Shown here in pieces: positions 54,905-58,600 of a stretch of DNA of 58,600 nt; positions within the stretch are counted from its first letter, which is position 1; each line of letters begins with the position of its first letter. This DNA is from a virus (lineage: Duplodnaviria > Caudoviricetes). A program made the position numbers and the translations under genes. The DNA is taken from the IMG/VR virus record IMGVR_UViG_3300011114_000862, positions 1 through 58,600 of that record. One strand, 5' to 3'. The notes beneath the pieces were generated by a model that saw nothing but the letters and a program-made list of their open reading frames with translations, was not told the origin of the DNA and ran no database searches.

Positions 54905-55846
54905 ATGCGAAATGAATTCTTGTTCGTTGAAAAATACGCGCCAAAGAAAATTGAAGATTGTATTCTACCCAAAACACTAAAGGAGTTTTTTACTGATATT
55001 AGAAATTCTAAAGAAGTCCCTAATCTCATATTATCCGGACCTCCTGGGATTGGTAAGACCTCCACTATTAAGGCACTTGCAAATGAATTGGATATGGATT
55101 TTATGATGATTAATGGATCTGAGGAGGGTAGGTTCTTAGATACTATTAGAAATAAAGTTCAATCTTATGCTTCCACTGTATCTTTGATGAATACTGGAAA
55201 AAAAATTCTCCTGATTGATGAGGCTGATAATGTAACTCATGATTGTCAAATGGCACTTCGAGGTGCAATTGAAAAACTTCAAAAAAATTGTATTTTTATA
55301 TTTACATGCAATTATAAAAACAAACTTGTACCACCTCTACATTCTAGATGTTCTATTTTAGATTTTACCATTCCACCAAAAGAGAAACCTAAACTTGCTA
55401 CGGAATTTTACGAGAGAATTGTATATATTCTTAATTCTGAGACAATTGAATATGAGACTAAAGTTTTAGTAGAGTTAGTTCGTAAATATTTTCCAGATTT
55501 CCGTAGAACATTAAATGAATTACAACGATATTCCACTAAAGGAAAGTTGGATATCAGTTCAATTGCTTTAGTATCAAATGCAAATGTAGTGGAATTGGTT
55601 GGTCATTTAAAAAGTAAAAACTTCTCAGAAGTTCGTAAATGGGTTGTTCATAATTTAGATAATGATATAAGTAGAATATTTCGTCAGATTTATGAAGAAC
55701 TCTATAACTCTGCAGTTCCCGATACACTTCCCTCTGGAATTTTAATATTATCAAAGTATCAGTATCAATCTTCATTTTGTATGGATCAAGAGATAAATCT
55801 TATTGCATGTCTGACTGAAATTATGTGTGAGGTTGAATTTAAATGA
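54905..55846 (+). CDS. gp44: Clamp loader large subunit gp44
   Basis: Start reassigned to ATG 54905; EKYAP, GPPGIGKT, IDEAD, LHSRC, FPDFRR. Confidence 0.95.
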   Translation: MRNEFLFVEKYAPKKIEDCILPKTLKEFFTDIRNSKEVPNLILSGPPGIGKTSTIKALANELDMDFMMINGSEEGRFLDTIRNKVQSYASTVSLMNTGKKILLIDEADNVTHDCQMALRGAIEKLQKNCIFIFTCNYKNKLVPPLHSRCSILDFTIPPKEKPKLATEFYERIVYILNSETIEYETKVLVELVRKYFPDFRRTLNELQRYSTKGKLDISSIALVSNANVVELVGHLKSKNFSEVRKWVVHNLDNDISRIFRQIYEELYNSAVPDTLPSGILILSKYQYQSSFCMDQEINLIACLTEIMCEVEFK

Positions 55847-56040
55847 AATTTAACTATGAGAAATTGAAATATCCTTATGTGAAGACAACTCCAGAAAATG
55901 TAAAAGAGGCAAATGATGCACTTTTTACATCCAAGATGAACCTTCCAGAAGCAGCAAAACACTGTGGGATGACAAATAAGGAAATGAAACTAACTTTTTT
56001 TGAGTATCTAAAATACAATAAACCAGATTATGACTTATGA
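55843..56040 (+). CDS. Hypothetical protein, 65 aa (possible HTH-like)
   Basis: MNLPEAAKHCGMT pattern; overlaps both neighbours. Confidence 0.75.
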   Translation: MKFNYEKLKYPYVKTTPENVKEANDALFTSKMNLPEAAKHCGMTNKEMKLTFFEYLKYNKPDYDL

Positions 56041-56413
56041 ATTGAAGGATTGGATGAATTCAATCAATCAGACAAAGATTAACCTAATGGACGAAGACCC
56101 AGATTCAAAAAAAGATTATAAACCTTATATAATCAATCGATGTTTATCTGGAGAACTTGATTGTATAATGTATGTAAATGAAATGAATCTTAATAATTCT
56201 TTAGATAAAGACATGCAGTATTCATTTTATCTAAATAGTTTGAGGAAAAGGAAGAGGTATTCTCCCTGGATCTATAAAGATAAGATAGTAGATTTAGAAT
56301 GTGTTAAGAATTACTATGGATATAGTAATGAAAAAGCATCTCAAGCATTGAAAATTTTATCAAAAGATCAAATTGATTACATAAAAACTAAACTTGATAT
56401 CGGTGGAATGTGA
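56030..56413 (+). CDS. gp62: Clamp loader small subunit gp62
   Basis: YKPYIINRCLS, NEMN, QYSFYLNSLRKRKRYS, YYGYSNEKA. Confidence 0.92.
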   Translation: MTYELKDWMNSINQTKINLMDEDPDSKKDYKPYIINRCLSGELDCIMYVNEMNLNNSLDKDMQYSFYLNSLRKRKRYSPWIYKDKIVDLECVKNYYGYSNEKASQALKILSKDQIDYIKTKLDIGGM

Positions 56414-56415
56414 AA

Positions 56416-56850
56416 ATGACTAATGAACCCCAAGTACAATGGACACCATCTTTGATGGTTGAAGTTTTATTAAATGAACCTGATGATTTCTTAAAGGTTC
56501 GTGAAACTTTAACTCGTATTGGTGTAGTTTCTAGAAAGGAAAAGAAATTATACCAATCAGTACATATTTTACATAAACAAGGTAAATATTATCTTACTCA
56601 TTTTAAGGAATTATTTGCTCTTGATGGTAAATTTGCCAATATTACAGTAAATGATATTCAGAGAAGGAACCGTATTACGCAACTCATATCCGATTGGGGA
56701 TTGGTAACTATTGTATATCCTGAGCAGGTTGTGGATATTGCTCCTTTAAATCAAATAAAAGTTATTGCATTTCGTGAGAAGGGAGAATGGCAACTCGAAT
56801 CTAAATATAATATAGGTAAAAAAAATAAGATTGAAGTTGAGGAGAAATAA
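56416..56850 (+). CDS. regA: Translational repressor RegA
   Basis: PDDFLKVRETLTRIG, LYQSVHILHKQGKYY, HFKELFALDG; ATG 56416 (GTG 56410 possible). Confidence 0.95.
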   Translation: MTNEPQVQWTPSLMVEVLLNEPDDFLKVRETLTRIGVVSRKEKKLYQSVHILHKQGKYYLTHFKELFALDGKFANITVNDIQRRNRITQLISDWGLVTIVYPEQVVDIAPLNQIKVIAFREKGEWQLESKYNIGKKNKIEVEEK

Positions 56851-56865
56851 TTCGTAAAACCGAAC

Positions 56866-56898
56866 AAAAAAGGGAGTATTCACTATACTCCCTTTTTT
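56866..56898. terminator. Bidirectional intrinsic terminator
   Basis: AAAAAAGGGAGTAT-TCACT-ATACTCCCTTTTTT. Confidence 0.88.
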
Positions 56899-56972
56899 AA
56901 TGAGTATTGATATATAATTATGGAAATGTCTATATGAATTTCCAATTATACCGATGCTTAAAGAGGTCAATT

Positions 56973-57404
56973 ATGTCTATTGTCAAATATAACACTTCAA
57001 ATATTGCGAAGTTTCTAGAGGATATTGATAAATTAACTATTGGAATGGAACCTTGGTTTGGTAGGTTCGATACTTTAAATTCCAATACAAACTATCCTCC
57101 TTATAATGTTTTAGATTTAGGTGACGGTCGCAAACGACTAGAATTAGCATTAGCTGGATTTTCTCGGACTGATGTTGAAGTCTATACTGAGAAGAATTTA
57201 CTTACAGTTTCTGCAAAAAAAGAAGATAAACCTGATGATAACTATCATCATCAAGGATTAGCAAGACGAGCATTCACTAGGTCTTGGTCAATTTCAGATG
57301 ATGTTAGGGTAGATGATGTTAAATTTATAGATGGATTATTAACAATTGATTTATCTACAATTGTTCCAGAGCATCAGAGGAAGAAAATTTATAATATTTT
57401 CTAA
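56973..57404 (+). CDS. hsp20: Small heat-shock protein (Hsp20/IbpA family)
   Basis: GAGG SD and ATG 56973; NYPPYN, LELALAGF, HQGLARRAFTRSW, DGLLTIDL. Confidence 0.95.
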   Translation: MSIVKYNTSNIAKFLEDIDKLTIGMEPWFGRFDTLNSNTNYPPYNVLDLGDGRKRLELALAGFSRTDVEVYTEKNLLTVSAKKEDKPDDNYHHQGLARRAFTRSWSISDDVRVDDVKFIDGLLTIDLSTIVPEHQRKKIYNIF

Positions 57405-57438
57405 ATAATATTGCTACCCCTCTAATTATTGTTGCCGC

Positions 57439-57483
57439 ATAGGTCGTCCCTGGTCAAATCAGGATTGACGACCTATTTTTTTT
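57439..57483 (+). terminator. Extended terminator-like hairpin overlapping a -35 box
   Basis: ATAGGTCGTC..GACGACCTAT outer stem, inner CCTG/CAGG, T-tract. Confidence 0.8.
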
Positions 57484-57493
57484 GTGCTATAAT
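57465..57493 (+). promoter_or_regulatory. Sigma70-type promoter for the gp43 operon
   Basis: TTGACG, 17 nt, TATAAT. Confidence 0.8.
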
Positions 57494-57516
57494 AATAAAA
57501 ATATTTTGAGGTTGAT

Positions 57517-57828
57517 ATGGTAGAAGGATTAGTTCTTACTGATGGGGTAGTATTGATTTCACAAGTAGTTCAAGTTGTAGTTGATTTTGGGGAACCTAAT
57601 TGTAAATTAATTGATCCTTATGTAATTGATACTGAGACTTTATATTTGCAAAGATGGATGGGGGAAGTCACTGAACAGACATCATTTATGATGAGTTCAG
57701 ATAATATATTAACAATATTTCAACCTAAACTTAGATTTGTAGATGAATATAGACAATTGAATGGTATCACAGAAGAATTAACTGAACCAGATGAAGTTGA
57801 AGATGATGAAGATGGAGACGGATATTGA
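57517..57828 (+). CDS. Hypothetical protein upstream of DNA polymerase
   Basis: GAGG SD; GEPNCKLIDPY, MMSSDNILTI. Confidence 0.8.
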   Translation: MVEGLVLTDGVVLISQVVQVVVDFGEPNCKLIDPYVIDTETLYLQRWMGEVTEQTSFMMSSDNILTIFQPKLRFVDEYRQLNGITEELTEPDEVEDDEDGDGY

Positions 57829-58600
57829 AATTTTATACATCAGTATTCCAAAAATTTGATAAACTTTTAGTCCGGGGATATGAAGATGGAATAAAATTTA
57901 AAGATGAAGTGGAGTATTATCCAACATTATATGTTCCTAGCAAAAAAGTAAGTAAATATAAAACTCTAGATGATAAGAATGTAGAACCAATTAGACCTGG
58001 TACTATGAAAGAATGTAGGGAGTTTTATAAAAAATATAAAGATGTAGATGGATTTAATATCTATGGTATGGAGAATTATGCTCTACAATATATTTCAGAC
58101 GAATACTTAGAGGATCAGATAATCTATGACATATCTAAAATTAAAATTGTAATAATTGATATTGAAGTTTGTTCTGAATATGGATTTCCTAATGTTTTTG
58201 ATTGTGCTGAGGAGATGTTAGCAATCTCTTTGCAGGATTTTAATACCAAACACATAACTACTTTTGGAGTTAAACCTTATGAAAATGATAGGGATGATGT
58301 AACATACATCCTATGTAATGGTGAGGAGGATCTATTTAATAAATTTTTAGATTTTTGGGAAGCAGATTTTCCAGATATTGTAACTGGGTGGAATAACTCT
58401 CTATATGATATTCCATATATTATGGGAAGACTTAATAGAATTATGGGAGAACCTAATACTAGAAGACTTTCTCCATGGAAACATGTAAAGGTTAAAGAAG
58501 TTGAAATTACAGGTAGAACTTATATTCTAGGTGAAATTGCAGGGGTTGCGATTATAGATTATCTAGAAATTTATAATAAATTTACTTATGAGAATAGGGA
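57825..58600 (+). CDS. gp43: Family B DNA polymerase gp43, 5' part (truncated; not in ORF track)
   Basis: TTG start with GGAG SD; KFYTSV..LLVRGYEDG, YYPTLY, ExoI IDIEV, ExoII TGWN..YDIPYI. Confidence 0.93.
   Translation, partial: MKFYTSVFQKFDKLLVRGYEDGIKFKDEVEYYPTLYVPSKKVSKYKTLDDKNVEPIRPGTMKECREFYKKYKDVDGFNIYGMENYALQYISDEYLEDQIIYDISKIKIVIIDIEVCSEYGFPNVFDCAEEMLAISLQDFNTKHITTFGVKPYENDRDDVTYILCNGEEDLFNKFLDFWEADFPDIVTGWNNSLYDIPYIMGRLNRIMGEPNTRRLSPWKHVKVKEVEITGRTYILGEIAGVAIIDYLEIYNKFTYENR

Noticed and set aside
3610-56970. Numerous minus-strand and alternate-frame ORFs (e.g. 24526-25053, 25456-25884, 44895-45227)
   Set aside because: They overlap conserved + strand genes and lack motifs or SDs; typical shadow ORFs
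1-58600. tRNA genes, group I introns, stop-codon reassignment, photosynthesis genes
   Set aside because: No cloverleaf or intron-interrupted core gene seen; core genes are full length under the standard code and end in TAA, TGA or TAG; no psbA or hli in this window

Overview
AT-rich segment of a T4-like myovirus, most similar in gene content and order to cyanomyoviruses (host inferred, not proven). All credible genes are on the + strand. In order: a 1.3-kb non-coding region packed with repeats, hairpins and promoters; a GT-A-like gene; speD; baseplate genes (gp25, gp6, a 4285-aa gp7-like protein, gp8, a 2389-aa VrlC-like protein); neck, tail, head and packaging genes (gp13-gp23, gp3); uvsY/uvsW; gp55; gp47/gp46; gp45/gp44/gp62; a denV-like gene; regA; hsp20; and the 5' part of gp43. 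Most notable: (1) a 317-aa LAGLIDADG intein in the late sigma factor gp55; (2) an Ala1 class-3 intein in the terminase Walker A loop whose second LAGLIDADG catalytic Asp is Gly; (3) a non-coding hub at 1-1300 where separate promoters point into a 23-bp tandem array, a predicted pseudoknotted RNA and an ACTTCGT multi-motif region; (4) a divergent promoter pair with a candidate antisense RNA upstream of gp55; (5) a ~41-bp direct repeat flanking a gene in the head cluster. All calls are by eye; no database search or folding computation was run.
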